Below, piece after piece: positions 31,666 through 40,937 of a stretch of 64,000 bases of DNA. The position numbers and the translations under genes are program-made. Numbering within the stretch: the first letter of the stretch is position 1; every line of letters starts with the position of its first letter. Origin of the DNA: an uncultured archaeon (GTDB taxonomy: Archaea > Asgardarchaeota > Thorarchaeia > Thorarchaeales > CAZPUN01). The notes under the pieces were generated by a model. It saw nothing but the letters and a program-made list of their open reading frames with translations, was not told the DNA's origin and searched no databases. The DNA lies in assembly GCA_964589775.1 (NCBI GenBank), contig CAZPUN010000023.1, positions 2,135 through 66,134 of the forward strand, read 5' to 3'.

Positions 31666-33252
31666 ATGCAAAAAGTCGATGTTCTAATAGTTGACGCATT
31701 GGGCACTGGTTCAGGGCGGCGTCGCTTTTCTAGAAATTCTATTGGTTCTGGTCCTCGTGCCATTGCGGGTGTTTTAGAACGACTTGATTATACAGTTAAA
31801 ATAATGACTGGCGAATTTGCGCTATTACACCCTCGAAAATTGTTTTCTGCAACAAATTTAGCGATTAGCGGTATGACTATGGATATGCCTGCAATTTTCA
31901 AGATAGTAAAAAAATGGTACAAGCGTAGGGATCGTCGAGTCTTAATAGGCGGACCAGTTACAAGTGATCCCTCACATATTTTGTCTAAAGATAAAAGATC
32001 TATTTTAGTAATTGGTGAAGGCGAACGGACCGTATTTGAATTAGCAAAATCTGGATTTTTCGAGGGCAAACGATTAGATCTCTATAATCAAAAAGGAATT
32101 GCATTTTTTGATAATAAAGTGATAGAAACACAATCTCAAGAACTATTATCACAAGATGAATATGATAATTTTATACCCAGTACACAGCGTATTGTCGATT
32201 ATCCTTATTATCGTGCGAGTAAAATTTATGTTAATGTACTACGTGGTTGTAGCAATTTTTATCGAACAACACTAACTCTTGCTAATGGAAAGAAATGTAT
32301 TGATTGTAAATTATGCTTTTCTGGACCTTTAGAATTACGTATGAAATGCCCGGTTGATATTCCTCCCGGTTGTGGTTTTTGTAGTGTTCCGAATGTTTGG
32401 GGCGCTCCTAGAAGTCGATCTAAATGGTCGATAATTAAGGAAATCGAAGAACTTGTAGAATTGGGTGTTTCACGAATATTACTTGAAGCTCCTGACTTTT
32501 TGGATTGGCAAAGACTTCATGGGAGACCTATGACTGATCCATGTGAACCAAAGGCAAATGTGGAGGCTATTGAGGACCTTTTAATTGAAATTACAAATAT
32601 TATAAAATCAAAAGGGAAGCAAACTGACGTAACAATTGAGAATATTAAGGCATGTCTCCTCGACGAAGAAGTCGCAAAAGTTATTGCAAAATATCTTCCT
32701 AATTCATCTTTAAATATTGGATGTGAGACTGGAGACACTTCTCACTATCTATCGATAGGTAAACCTGGTTCGCCACAAGTTGTTTTAAATGCTGTGCGTA
32801 CTGCAGTATCATATGGCTTATCTCCTTTTGTTTATTTCATACACGGGCTTCCTGGTCAAACAAAAAAGACAGTTCTTAAAACTGAACAATTTATGTGGAA
32901 AATCTATAATATGGGCGCATCTCGTATAATTCTTTATGGATTTCGCTCATTGCCTCGTAGTGCATTTTATGGAATGCCCGAGGAATCTTCCAATTTATCT
33001 TCTGAAAGTATGATATTAGTTCGTGCTGCTGAAAAAATCAATGCAGAAATTAAGAAAAAATACATTGGAAAAATTATTGATGTTGTAGCTGCAGAACCTT
33101 TAAAGAATCCCCGTGGTTATACTATTACATATCCAATCGGGCCTGAGCCTGTAGTTTCTGTAAAAGGAGATTTTTCTTCCGGAACTTTTTTGAGAGTAAA
33201 GATCATACGTGTTATTTCCGACCGATTATTGGAAGGACGTGTTGTCCAATGA
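31666..33252 (+). CDS. radical-SAM-like protein with MTTase-N-like N-terminal domain and C-terminal TRAM domain; non-canonical Cys motif
   Basis: Central GCSNFYRTTLTLANGKKCIDCKLC gives Cx15Cx2C instead of CxxxCxxC; additional CPVDIPPGCGFC. C-terminal IGKIIDVV...GTFLRVKIIRV TRAM-like beta barrel. Confidence 0.5.
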   Translation: MQKVDVLIVDALGTGSGRRRFSRNSIGSGPRAIAGVLERLDYTVKIMTGEFALLHPRKLFSATNLAISGMTMDMPAIFKIVKKWYKRRDRRVLIGGPVTSDPSHILSKDKRSILVIGEGERTVFELAKSGFFEGKRLDLYNQKGIAFFDNKVIETQSQELLSQDEYDNFIPSTQRIVDYPYYRASKIYVNVLRGCSNFYRTTLTLANGKKCIDCKLCFSGPLELRMKCPVDIPPGCGFCSVPNVWGAPRSRSKWSIIKEIEELVELGVSRILLEAPDFLDWQRLHGRPMTDPCEPKANVEAIEDLLIEITNIIKSKGKQTDVTIENIKACLLDEEVAKVIAKYLPNSSLNIGCETGDTSHYLSIGKPGSPQVVLNAVRTAVSYGLSPFVYFIHGLPGQTKKTVLKTEQFMWKIYNMGASRIILYGFRSLPRSAFYGMPEESSNLSSESMILVRAAEKINAEIKKKYIGKIIDVVAAEPLKNPRGYTITYPIGPEPVVSVKGDFSSGTFLRVKIIRVISDRLLEGRVVQ

Positions 33253-33326
33253 ATGAATACATTCAAACCATAAACTTCAAAAGAAAAAAATATTTTTATT
33301 CTAACAATATAAAGAGGTGATTTTGT

Positions 33327-33470
33327 TTGCCCTATATTTGTATGAAATGTAAACAAGAAGTCTCTATTGAAGATCTTGGGCAATTACCCGGTGTCAAGTG
33401 TCCCCACTGTGGTGAGCGAATCCTTTACAAAACTCGTCCGCCAGTAGTTAAACCGGTGAAGGCAATTTAA
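33327..33470 (+). CDS. rpoP: small C4 zinc-ribbon protein, RpoP (RNA polymerase subunit P/Rpb12)-like; not in the ORF track
   Basis: TTG start after agaggtga RBS. Translation MPYICMKCKQEVSIEDLGQLPGVKCPHCGERILYKTRPPVVKPVKAI has two CxxC knuckles and a basic tail like RpoP. Confidence 0.55.
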   Translation: MPYICMKCKQEVSIEDLGQLPGVKCPHCGERILYKTRPPVVKPVKAI

Positions 33471-33619
33471 GCCTTCAATCCGGATAGAATAGGAACCAAA
33501 CGCCAGCTATTATCGAGACTATGAAAAGCATTAACAAGCCAATAGTCATTAATTTTCGCTTCATATCTCTTTTCATTTTTCATCATCATTTTATTTTATT
33601 ATAGTCCATTAATAAACTA

Positions 33620-34579
33620 CTACATATTTTCACCCATAAGTATTTTTGCGACCTCTCTCAGTTTATCTAATCCTCTCACTTCTTCTGGAAATAATGGCAC
33701 TTGAATTATCTCGAAATCACTATATAATTCCAATATGTCCTTTAGGTTTCTCTGCTGCATATTATATCGTGCGGTACAAAATGGGCATGATGGATTTTCT
33801 GGGTATACCATATTTATTACAATGTGATTTGCTGGAATCATGTATTCATTTAGTGCAGAAATGAGGCGATCTGTTTCAAAAACAGACATTGCTTCCGGAA
33901 TCATCACTATTACAAATGATGTTGTTTTTGGGTCTGTTAGTTCCGCACGTGCAATTGTAATTCGTCGTTTCATTTCTTGAAGCATTTCTAATGAATTATC
34001 TTCTTGGTCATCATACGAACCGAACATTCGCTTGATTGCTGAAAATGCGGATGAAAGTCTCATTCTAAATGTAATTAATTTTCCAACCCAACTATCTAAC
34101 ATCTCGGGTAATGAGAGCAATCTCAATGTATGGCCCGTAGGTGCGGTATCAAAAACAATTCTATCAAATTGTGGATTTTCTATGAATTCTAGAACTTTTG
34201 CAAAAGCCATAGCTTCATCAGAGCCCGGTGGGGTTAATGATGTTAAATCTTCAAAACCTGGAAGTTGAATTTGATTATCCATTTGCATTGAAAGATAACT
34301 TCGAGTTTCCTCTAATGCTTTTTCTGTATTTAATTCAAGTCCATATAGATTTGGTACTCCTTCTACCGGAATTATTTCGCCACCGGACAAATCTTGATCT
34401 AAGCTATCACTTAAGCTATGTGCCGGATCTGTACTAAGGACTAAAGTCCTAAATCCTAATTCTGCGGATCGTATCGCAATTGCTGATGCCGTGGATGTTT
34501 TTCCAACGCCGCCTTTACCACCTGCGAAAATAAATCGAATATTTTCATTTGTTATAATGTCTGCTAAAGTCATCATCAT
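33620..34579 (-). CDS. ArsA/Get3-family anion-transporting ATPase homologue
   Basis: FAGGKGGVGKTSTASA deviant Walker A (P-loop), DTAPTGHTLRLL switch II, and a CPFC pair. Confidence 0.85.
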   Translation of the reverse strand: MMMTLADIITNENIRFIFAGGKGGVGKTSTASAIAIRSAELGFRTLVLSTDPAHSLSDSLDQDLSGGEIIPVEGVPNLYGLELNTEKALEETRSYLSMQMDNQIQLPGFEDLTSLTPPGSDEAMAFAKVLEFIENPQFDRIVFDTAPTGHTLRLLSLPEMLDSWVGKLITFRMRLSSAFSAIKRMFGSYDDQEDNSLEMLQEMKRRITIARAELTDPKTTSFVIVMIPEAMSVFETDRLISALNEYMIPANHIVINMVYPENPSCPFCTARYNMQQRNLKDILELYSDFEIIQVPLFPEEVRGLDKLREVAKILMGENM

Positions 34580-35511
34580 TCGCCTCGTATCATTTCGATT
34601 ATTTTTTGATATGCAATAACTTTTTCTTTATGTCTTCCAATTGGCGAAGTGCTTTTGAACTGTTCAAAAATTTCATTAGACACACTAACTTCTCTTATAA
34701 TGCCTTCACCTAAAATCACTTGTTGTGTTTCCTTTTCTAATTTTGTAAAATATCTTTCGATGTTCTCGCGTCTTATTCTATCATGTAAATCTGGAGAACT
34801 TAGCAAATCTAATGATGCCCAATTTGCAACGATTAATATATCTGCATCTGTAATATAATCGTTAGTCTCCTGAATAAAGCCACCATTTCGTTTTGCAATA
34901 TCTTTTGCAGCATGCTTTAATTTTCGTTCAATTCTAAATTGTTTTGGAGACGAAATTGTCAATTGAGCACCTAAATGTGCTAATGCTAAAACATAACTAT
35001 GTACAAATCCAATTTCATTATGTGTTCCAAATACCCATGTTAATGCAACAGTCTTATTCTCTAGATCTATGTTTTGTGTAATATATCTGGCCAGAGATAT
35101 TCCTTCGGATGGTTTGACCGAATCAGAACCCATATTTATAATTGGGCAGTCTATTATCTTTGACATTGCACGTATAGTATTGTATCCTGACCCTCGTGCA
35201 GTTCCTATTTGTGGATAATATATTGACAGAATATCTGTTGATATTTCATATGCTTTTATAATGTCTATAAATGATTCAACAGGTCCGCGTGGTATCAATT
35301 TCAAATCAATGTCTGTGTTCTGAATGTTTTTCAAAAATAATGCTCTATGTAATGCGATTTTTTCAATTCCTGCAAGATATGAGTCCTTAGGTGTAATTGT
35401 GATGTTTTGGGCGTTTTCTTTCTCCTTGATGGGCGCTTTTAATAAATTCATAAACTCATCTGTTGATATATCCATAAGCGAAATTAGATTTGTCATGTCT
35501 TTTTGCCTCAT
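34576..35511 (-). CDS. carbamoyltransferase-fold (OTC/ATC-like) protein lacking STRTR and HCLP catalytic motifs
   Basis: C-terminal half KTVALTWVFGTHNEIGFVHSYVLALAHLGAQLTISSP...ILIVANWASL resembles the OTC/ATC Rossmann-like domain, and YYPQ sits where HPxQ would be. No STRTR or HCLP. The stop/start region overlaps the ArsA-like gene by 4 nt. Confidence 0.35.
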   Translation of the reverse strand: MRQKDMTNLISLMDISTDEFMNLLKAPIKEKENAQNITITPKDSYLAGIEKIALHRALFLKNIQNTDIDLKLIPRGPVESFIDIIKAYEISTDILSIYYPQIGTARGSGYNTIRAMSKIIDCPIINMGSDSVKPSEGISLARYITQNIDLENKTVALTWVFGTHNEIGFVHSYVLALAHLGAQLTISSPKQFRIERKLKHAAKDIAKRNGGFIQETNDYITDADILIVANWASLDLLSSPDLHDRIRRENIERYFTKLEKETQQVILGEGIIREVSVSNEIFEQFKSTSPIGRHKEKVIAYQKIIEMIRGE

Positions 35512-35560
35512 ATATCACTCATTACTAGAACTTAATAAAGCATTATGATTTATTCCTTTT

Positions 35561-36322
35561 GTGGTGGCAAGTTTGAGTACGACCGCAATAGAAACTGAAA
35601 ATCTAACTAAAATTTTTCGCAAAGGAAAGAAGAATGAGACTATTGCCATTCAAGATATTAATTTGAAGATAGCTGCGGGTCAAGTCTTTGGTCTATTAGG
35701 TCCTAATGGGGCAGGGAAAACCACATTAATTCGAGTCTTAACTGGATTATTGAAACCAACATCGGGTAGTGCAAAAGTTTTGGGTTATGACATCTTATAT
35801 GAAATTGAAAAAATTCGGCCTCGAATTGCATTACTGCCCCAAGAATCTGGAGTATACGAATATCTTACTGCACGTGAGAATTTAATTTATTTTGGTGGTC
35901 TTTATGGAATACCTACTGACGTACTTGAAGAAAGAGCTGATAAATTATTAAAGCAAGTAGGTTTAGAGGATCGGGCTGATGATATTACAAAATCATTTTC
36001 TGGAGGCATGAAGCGAAAAGTATTAGTGGCTCGTGCATTAATTACAGATCCTGATATTATTTTTCTTGATGAGCCCACGACTGGTATAGACACCATTGGT
36101 GCTAAGACAATTCGAGAATTATTAAAAGAACTTAGTGCAAATCATAATCGTACTATAATTTTGACAACTCATGATCTACATGAAGTTTCTGAATTATGTC
36201 GTGAAGTGGCAATTTTGAATAAAGGACGTATTGTTGGAATTGGGACACCTGATGACCTGGAAGAGCAATTTAAAGCTAAAAATCTAGAGGAAGTTTTTGT
36301 ATCTCTTGTGAGAGGTGAATGA
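35561..36322 (+). CDS. ABC transporter ATP-binding protein (ABC-2 type)
   Basis: Walker A GPNGAGKTT, signature FSGGMKRK, Walker B IIFLDEPTTG. Confidence 0.85.
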   Translation: MVASLSTTAIETENLTKIFRKGKKNETIAIQDINLKIAAGQVFGLLGPNGAGKTTLIRVLTGLLKPTSGSAKVLGYDILYEIEKIRPRIALLPQESGVYEYLTARENLIYFGGLYGIPTDVLEERADKLLKQVGLEDRADDITKSFSGGMKRKVLVARALITDPDIIFLDEPTTGIDTIGAKTIRELLKELSANHNRTIILTTHDLHEVSELCREVAILNKGRIVGIGTPDDLEEQFKAKNLEEVFVSLVRGE

Positions 36323-37488
36323 TCTTGAAACCATTATTTTGGTTGTTTAAAAAGGAGTTAAAATCTGCGTATAGGTCCAAGTGGTTGATGTTTGGGTTTA
36401 TTGTCGGTCCGTTGATCGCATGGGGTTTTCAGGGTGTATTTCTAGCGTACATGTTTGGTCAGGCTACAAGTGGCGGTCAAACGGTTTATTATACAAACGA
36501 TGATGTGGGACCAATCGGTGGTGAACTAATCAATGCCATTGAAGGCAACGCAACATATCTTGGAATTGGCGAATTAATTGAGATAAATGCTACGTATGGT
36601 CAAAAACTTGTAGCCGATGGTAGTGTTGGGATCTGGATATATATACCAGCTAATTTTACGCAAATGCTAGTATCTTACAATACTACGGTTCTAAAAATCT
36701 ATGTTGATACAGCGTCAACAAAAGCAACATCTGTGGCAAAAGCCATTGAATATTTCTCAAAAAATTATATTGATATTGTAATACGTGAATTGAAAGTTGA
36801 GGAAATTCCAGTTAGTAAAGAAGCAACTTATGGATTTCAATTAGCAATCTTCTTAGTTATGTTAATGTCTGTGGTTGCACCTGCACCTTATGTTTCTCAA
36901 TCTTTTGCAGGCGAACGCGAACGTAGAACACTTGAGGCGCTGTTAGTTGTACCTATGAGCCGCTTGAAAATACTAACCGGAAAGGTTCTTGCGGGACTTG
37001 TACTTACAGGGGTTTATGCAATCTTCACAATTGTTGGTATTGAACTCTATAACGGTATGATATACCTTGCGTTAGGCGATTTAGGCTCCTATGCATCATA
37101 CTTTACCGTAAGTGAATCAATTATGCCATTGATTGCATTCAGTCAAATGCTAGTTGCACTATGCGCACTTGGGATTGGTGTTGTAATTTCATGCCTTGCT
37201 AAAGATCAAGCTTCCGCTGAATCTATCAATAATTTAGCCCTAATGATCCCTACAATGGCTATTGGAATTCTCTCATTCACGGGAAGCATTGAAAGTATCG
37301 GGGGCATCTTTGGTTTTATGATAGCGGCTATTCCATTTACACATGCGGTATTGTTCCTAAATGGTGTATTATTGCACACAGCATCTGTTTATCAGTTATT
37401 ATTTAATATTGCATATCTTGTAGTTTCAACTCTTGTGTTTTTAGTAATTGGTGCGAAAATCTTCGAGCGTGAAGGAATCGTTTCTTAA
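36319..37488 (+). CDS. ABC-2 family transporter permease
   Basis: 389 aa. One N-terminal TM, a large extracytoplasmic loop, then a 5-TM cluster. Translationally coupled to the ATPase. Confidence 0.7.
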   Translation: MILKPLFWLFKKELKSAYRSKWLMFGFIVGPLIAWGFQGVFLAYMFGQATSGGQTVYYTNDDVGPIGGELINAIEGNATYLGIGELIEINATYGQKLVADGSVGIWIYIPANFTQMLVSYNTTVLKIYVDTASTKATSVAKAIEYFSKNYIDIVIRELKVEEIPVSKEATYGFQLAIFLVMLMSVVAPAPYVSQSFAGERERRTLEALLVVPMSRLKILTGKVLAGLVLTGVYAIFTIVGIELYNGMIYLALGDLGSYASYFTVSESIMPLIAFSQMLVALCALGIGVVISCLAKDQASAESINNLALMIPTMAIGILSFTGSIESIGGIFGFMIAAIPFTHAVLFLNGVLLHTASVYQLLFNIAYLVVSTLVFLVIGAKIFEREGIVS

Positions 37489-37678
37489 ATTGATTCCTTC
37501 TTTTTTTGGCAATATTTTTATTTGTAAATGTAAGTTCAATAATTAATCCATTATAATAATATATTTAACTGAAAAGTCAACACGAATGCTTGTGTCTTAA
37601 AGTATCATATGAGCACAATGTTTTTAACATTGTTCGTATGAAAACTTGCAGAGCGCAACCCATTGGACGTGAGAAACT

Positions 37679-38674
37679 ATGAGCAAGACTCAGACTGAAA
37701 AGGAAACAAAAGAGAAACCTCAAAAGAATATACTCCGAAGAATATTCAATTTAATGACGTTAAGGCATGTTGTACAGATTTTCTTCTTGCTTATAATTAA
37801 TGGTTATTATATCATTCAAATTTATGGTCATAACATGCTTATTGACTTCTTTGAACAAATTAGACAAGTCATGCCGATTCTTCCAATTTTAAGTAGTCCT
37901 CATGCACCCTATGCAATGTTTGCAGGTATTTTTGATGTAATTGAATGGGAATTGACAAGTCCTGCAGCTCCCTTCCTTGCATTAGGTATATTATTGTTAG
38001 TTGTTACATTCTTAGGTCGAACAGGCTGTGGCTGGATTTGTCCATTTGGTGCAATTCAGGATTTTGCGGGTTATCTGAAGCGTGACAAAATACGCCCATC
38101 GAAGCGAACAGAAGAAGGATATCGCGAAATTAAGATCTATATCCTTATGGTTGTGCTCATTCTTGCTGCATGGGTGGGCATTGCCAAAGCAACTGGAATT
38201 AGTGAAGGTATTATTCCTGCCTTAGGTCCATTTGCAAATGCACCTTTTGATCCCGTAAATCCTGCAACTATACTATTCGTATACATTCCTGACATGATCT
38301 CTCGTGGATTATTCCCAACAAGTTTAGATACACTTAATGTAATATTTGATTGGACAACCCTATTCTGGCTTCAAATGTTTATTCTAGTATTCATACTACT
38401 TATTTCCGTATTTATTGACCGACCATTCTGTCGCTATTTATGTCCTGCAGGCGCCCTTATGGGAATGGTAAGCAAGCACAGTTTCTTAGCAATTGCCAGA
38501 AATCCTGCAAAATGCACACCTTCAGTATGTAACCTATGTGAGCAAGCATGTCCTATGGGCGTGAAGATACTTGAATATCCATTTGAACGTGTAAATGATA
38601 GTGAATGCATTTTATGTATGAAATGCAAGCACGTATGCCCCAATGACGCAATAGAACTAAAATTGATTTTATAG
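37679..38674 (+). CDS. NapH/MauN-like membrane-bound polyferredoxin (4Fe-4S binding)
   Basis: TM segments with GCGWICPFGA and CRYLCPAGAL cysteine boxes, plus C-terminal CNLCEQACP...CILCMKCKHVCP ferredoxin domain. Confidence 0.6.
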   Translation: MSKTQTEKETKEKPQKNILRRIFNLMTLRHVVQIFFLLIINGYYIIQIYGHNMLIDFFEQIRQVMPILPILSSPHAPYAMFAGIFDVIEWELTSPAAPFLALGILLLVVTFLGRTGCGWICPFGAIQDFAGYLKRDKIRPSKRTEEGYREIKIYILMVVLILAAWVGIAKATGISEGIIPALGPFANAPFDPVNPATILFVYIPDMISRGLFPTSLDTLNVIFDWTTLFWLQMFILVFILLISVFIDRPFCRYLCPAGALMGMVSKHSFLAIARNPAKCTPSVCNLCEQACPMGVKILEYPFERVNDSECILCMKCKHVCPNDAIELKLIL

Positions 38675-38732
38675 CCTTTTTTGGCTTTTCTTTTTTTAAT
38701 TAAATAAAAAAGAAAAATTAAAGATTAAATCT

Positions 38733-38945
38733 TTACATATATCGCATTCTTTCAGTTTTATTTTCTTTCTTCCAATACTTTTTGACTGCTTTCCAGTGTT
38801 TTTTGCAAAAGTGTGCCTTCTTATCTTTGGAACTTTTTAATTTTAATCCTGCTTCAATGACAGATTTGTTGATGCGTTCTCTTGACATCGTTTTGTATGA
38901 TTCTTCCTCACAGCCAACGACACTGCATATCTTTTTGGTTTGCAA
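38733..38945 (-). CDS. small basic zinc-finger-like protein (70 aa)
   Basis: CSVVGC ... HFCKKH gives a C2-HC pattern; very Lys-rich. Confidence 0.3.
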   Translation of the reverse strand: MQTKKICSVVGCEEESYKTMSRERINKSVIEAGLKLKSSKDKKAHFCKKHWKAVKKYWKKENKTERMRYM

Positions 38946-39143
38946 TTAAAAATCACCCTCGTTTAGTGATTCATTAATGATAGTATATGCGCTATTTGGT
39001 TTAATACTAATCCGATACTTAGTAATGATAGCCCAATCATTATGGTAACCAATGCTCTTGCTCTTGGTCTTAATTCCATTGTATTTCAACTCTTTTTGTT
39101 TTTAATATTGAATCGGTTTGTTAATTTTTAACATTGTTGGTGT

Positions 39144-39476
39144 TTAATCAATTAGGTCATCAAGATTTTTACCAAAGCGCTTTTTTATGAGCTTATTGCT
39201 AATTTTTACATCTGGTTTCCAATCGAGGATCATATCATCCTCTGGTCTTGGCTTTTTCTTTTTCTTTGTTAGAAGACACTTTCCATCGGGTGTCATCTTT
39301 TGAATTGAACATGAAGCAAATTTGCAATCAGGTCCAACGCACCAATCATTGGCCCATGTACACCAAATGATGCGTTTTTGTCCTTTTTTCTTAATTGTAA
39401 GTGCACTTGGTCTTTTCTCACATCTGAAGTACTTGCATGTTGGAGTGCATTTTTTATAGCCTGACATTATTTTCAA
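39144..39476 (-). CDS. cysteine-rich (8 Cys) basic small protein
   Basis: CTPTCKYFRCEKR...WCTWANDWCVGPDCKFASC followed by a poly-Lys tract. Confidence 0.35.
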   Translation of the reverse strand: MKIMSGYKKCTPTCKYFRCEKRPSALTIKKKGQKRIIWCTWANDWCVGPDCKFASCSIQKMTPDGKCLLTKKKKKPRPEDDMILDWKPDVKISNKLIKKRFGKNLDDLID

Positions 39477-39484
39477 GCTCCATA

Positions 39485-40201
39485 CTAATCTGCTTTTTCA
39501 ATCATGTCTTGAAGAATTTTTATAGCTAATTCCATTTTAGAAATTTTAAAAGATAATTCAGTCTTTCTTACATTATATTCGGATTCATCAATATTTCCAA
39601 GTTTATAACTCGCAACTAATCTTTCATAGTTCCTTTTTAGATCAATTAGTTCTTTATTGAAATCTTTGAGTGTTTTTTTAGCTTCTTTTACTTCTTCTTT
39701 GAGGTCTTTCTCGACTTTTTCATATTGTGTTTCTAGTTCTTTTTTCATTTCTTTATAGACGACTTTATCCATTGTTTTTTTCATTTTGTTAAGTTCATCG
39801 AGTTTTGCAGCAAGTTCTTCTTTCTGTTTGATAAGCTGTTCTAATAAAATAGATTCTTCATGATGTGTTAACTTCTGCTTTTGTTCTTTTAGTGTTCTTA
39901 ACCGGTTTTTTAAATAAGAAATTTGTTTGAGTACTTTTGACTTCTCTGTTACATTAAGTTCTAATACATGTTTGACTGCATCTATTTGTCGTAGAATTTC
40001 TTCTAGTTCTTTATTAATAGTTTCAAATTCTGCACGTTCCATGAGTATTTCTTTAATTAAAGTCTTAAACTCTGATGGTGTTGGTGGTTCTTCTTTTTTC
40101 ATTGTAGTAGTTTCCTTTATTGGTTCTCCACAAAAAACACAATATTCCCAATTCGGATCTATTTCAAGACCACAGTTTGGACATTTTATTTTCTCAGTCA
40201 A
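39485..40201 (-). CDS. zinc-ribbon plus long coiled-coil protein
   Basis: N-terminal CPNCG...CVFCG; remainder heptad-like and Glu/Lys-rich. Confidence 0.4.
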   Translation of the reverse strand: MTEKIKCPNCGLEIDPNWEYCVFCGEPIKETTTMKKEEPPTPSEFKTLIKEILMERAEFETINKELEEILRQIDAVKHVLELNVTEKSKVLKQISYLKNRLRTLKEQKQKLTHHEESILLEQLIKQKEELAAKLDELNKMKKTMDKVVYKEMKKELETQYEKVEKDLKEEVKEAKKTLKDFNKELIDLKRNYERLVASYKLGNIDESEYNVRKTELSFKISKMELAIKILQDMIEKAD

Positions 40202-40491
40202 GTCGATTCCCCTTGTACTTTAAGAAATCCTAACTGAATCATATTCTCGATAAAGCTTATCAAATTATCTATATCTTTCTGAATGTATGTAATCATTTTT
40301 ATTATATGTTGTAATGGATGTCCCTTTGAGATCATGTCTATAGCTCTTGATGCTTGTTTGTTCATCTTTGCTACTATTTTGTCATCTTTAAGGAACATAC
40401 CTATATCATGTTCAATGCGAAAGGTATACTTTCTCGAAATATTGAACCTTGTTCTTGTATTAAAAAGCGGGTGTGTGAATCTCATCGTCAT
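40198..40491 (-). CDS. hypothetical protein (97 aa), first gene of a minus-strand gene string
   Basis: ORF with 4-nt overlap to the downstream coiled-coil gene. Confidence 0.3.
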   Translation of the reverse strand: MTMRFTHPLFNTRTRFNISRKYTFRIEHDIGMFLKDDKIVAKMNKQASRAIDMISKGHPLQHIIKMITYIQKDIDNLISFIENMIQLGFLKVQGEST

Positions 40492-40549
40492 GTTTGTTTA
40501 TGCCCCGAGATATAATTAAAAAGAAGAAAAATTATTGCGTCTCATGTTT

Positions 40550-40882
40550 TTATACATACTCTTTAAGTCTAGCAACTGCTTGATCGAATTCTCCTTTGGA
40601 AGTTACTATTGGGACCTCTCCATAGTTTGGCATACCTTTTGTAATTTCCTCTATTAGATATTCTAATGCAAGTTTTGTGTCGAGTTCCCGTGTCTCTAAT
40701 GTGAGGTCTGGAAATGTCAAGGAAGCTTCAGTCCATTTTTCTCTCTTTTCATCAGTTGGGAATAATGCATATAGATAGTCTTCAGTACTAATAATTACAC
40801 TCGGTGTGTTTTCCCACGCTTTCGCCATAAGAGCTGCCATATCTTTAGCATTTTGTGCTTTATCCGCCATAAGTGTCACCAT
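40550..40882 (-). CDS. hypothetical protein (110 aa)
   Basis: ORF only; no recognisable family. Confidence 0.3.
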   Translation of the reverse strand: MVTLMADKAQNAKDMAALMAKAWENTPSVIISTEDYLYALFPTDEKREKWTEASLTFPDLTLETRELDTKLALEYLIEEITKGMPNYGEVPIVTSKGEFDQAVARLKEYV

Positions 40883-40937
40883 TGGAATTATTATTTCAAT
40901 ATTTTTTAAGGAAATTGTGTGTTAAAAGCTCTTCGGT

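Noticed and set aside
33466-33590. Approximately 40-aa minus-strand ORF (MMMKNEKRYEAKINDYW...) between the RpoP-like gene and the ArsA-like gene
   Set aside because: Hydrophilic, no motif, overlaps the RpoP-like stop codon. Cannot be supported from sequence alone.
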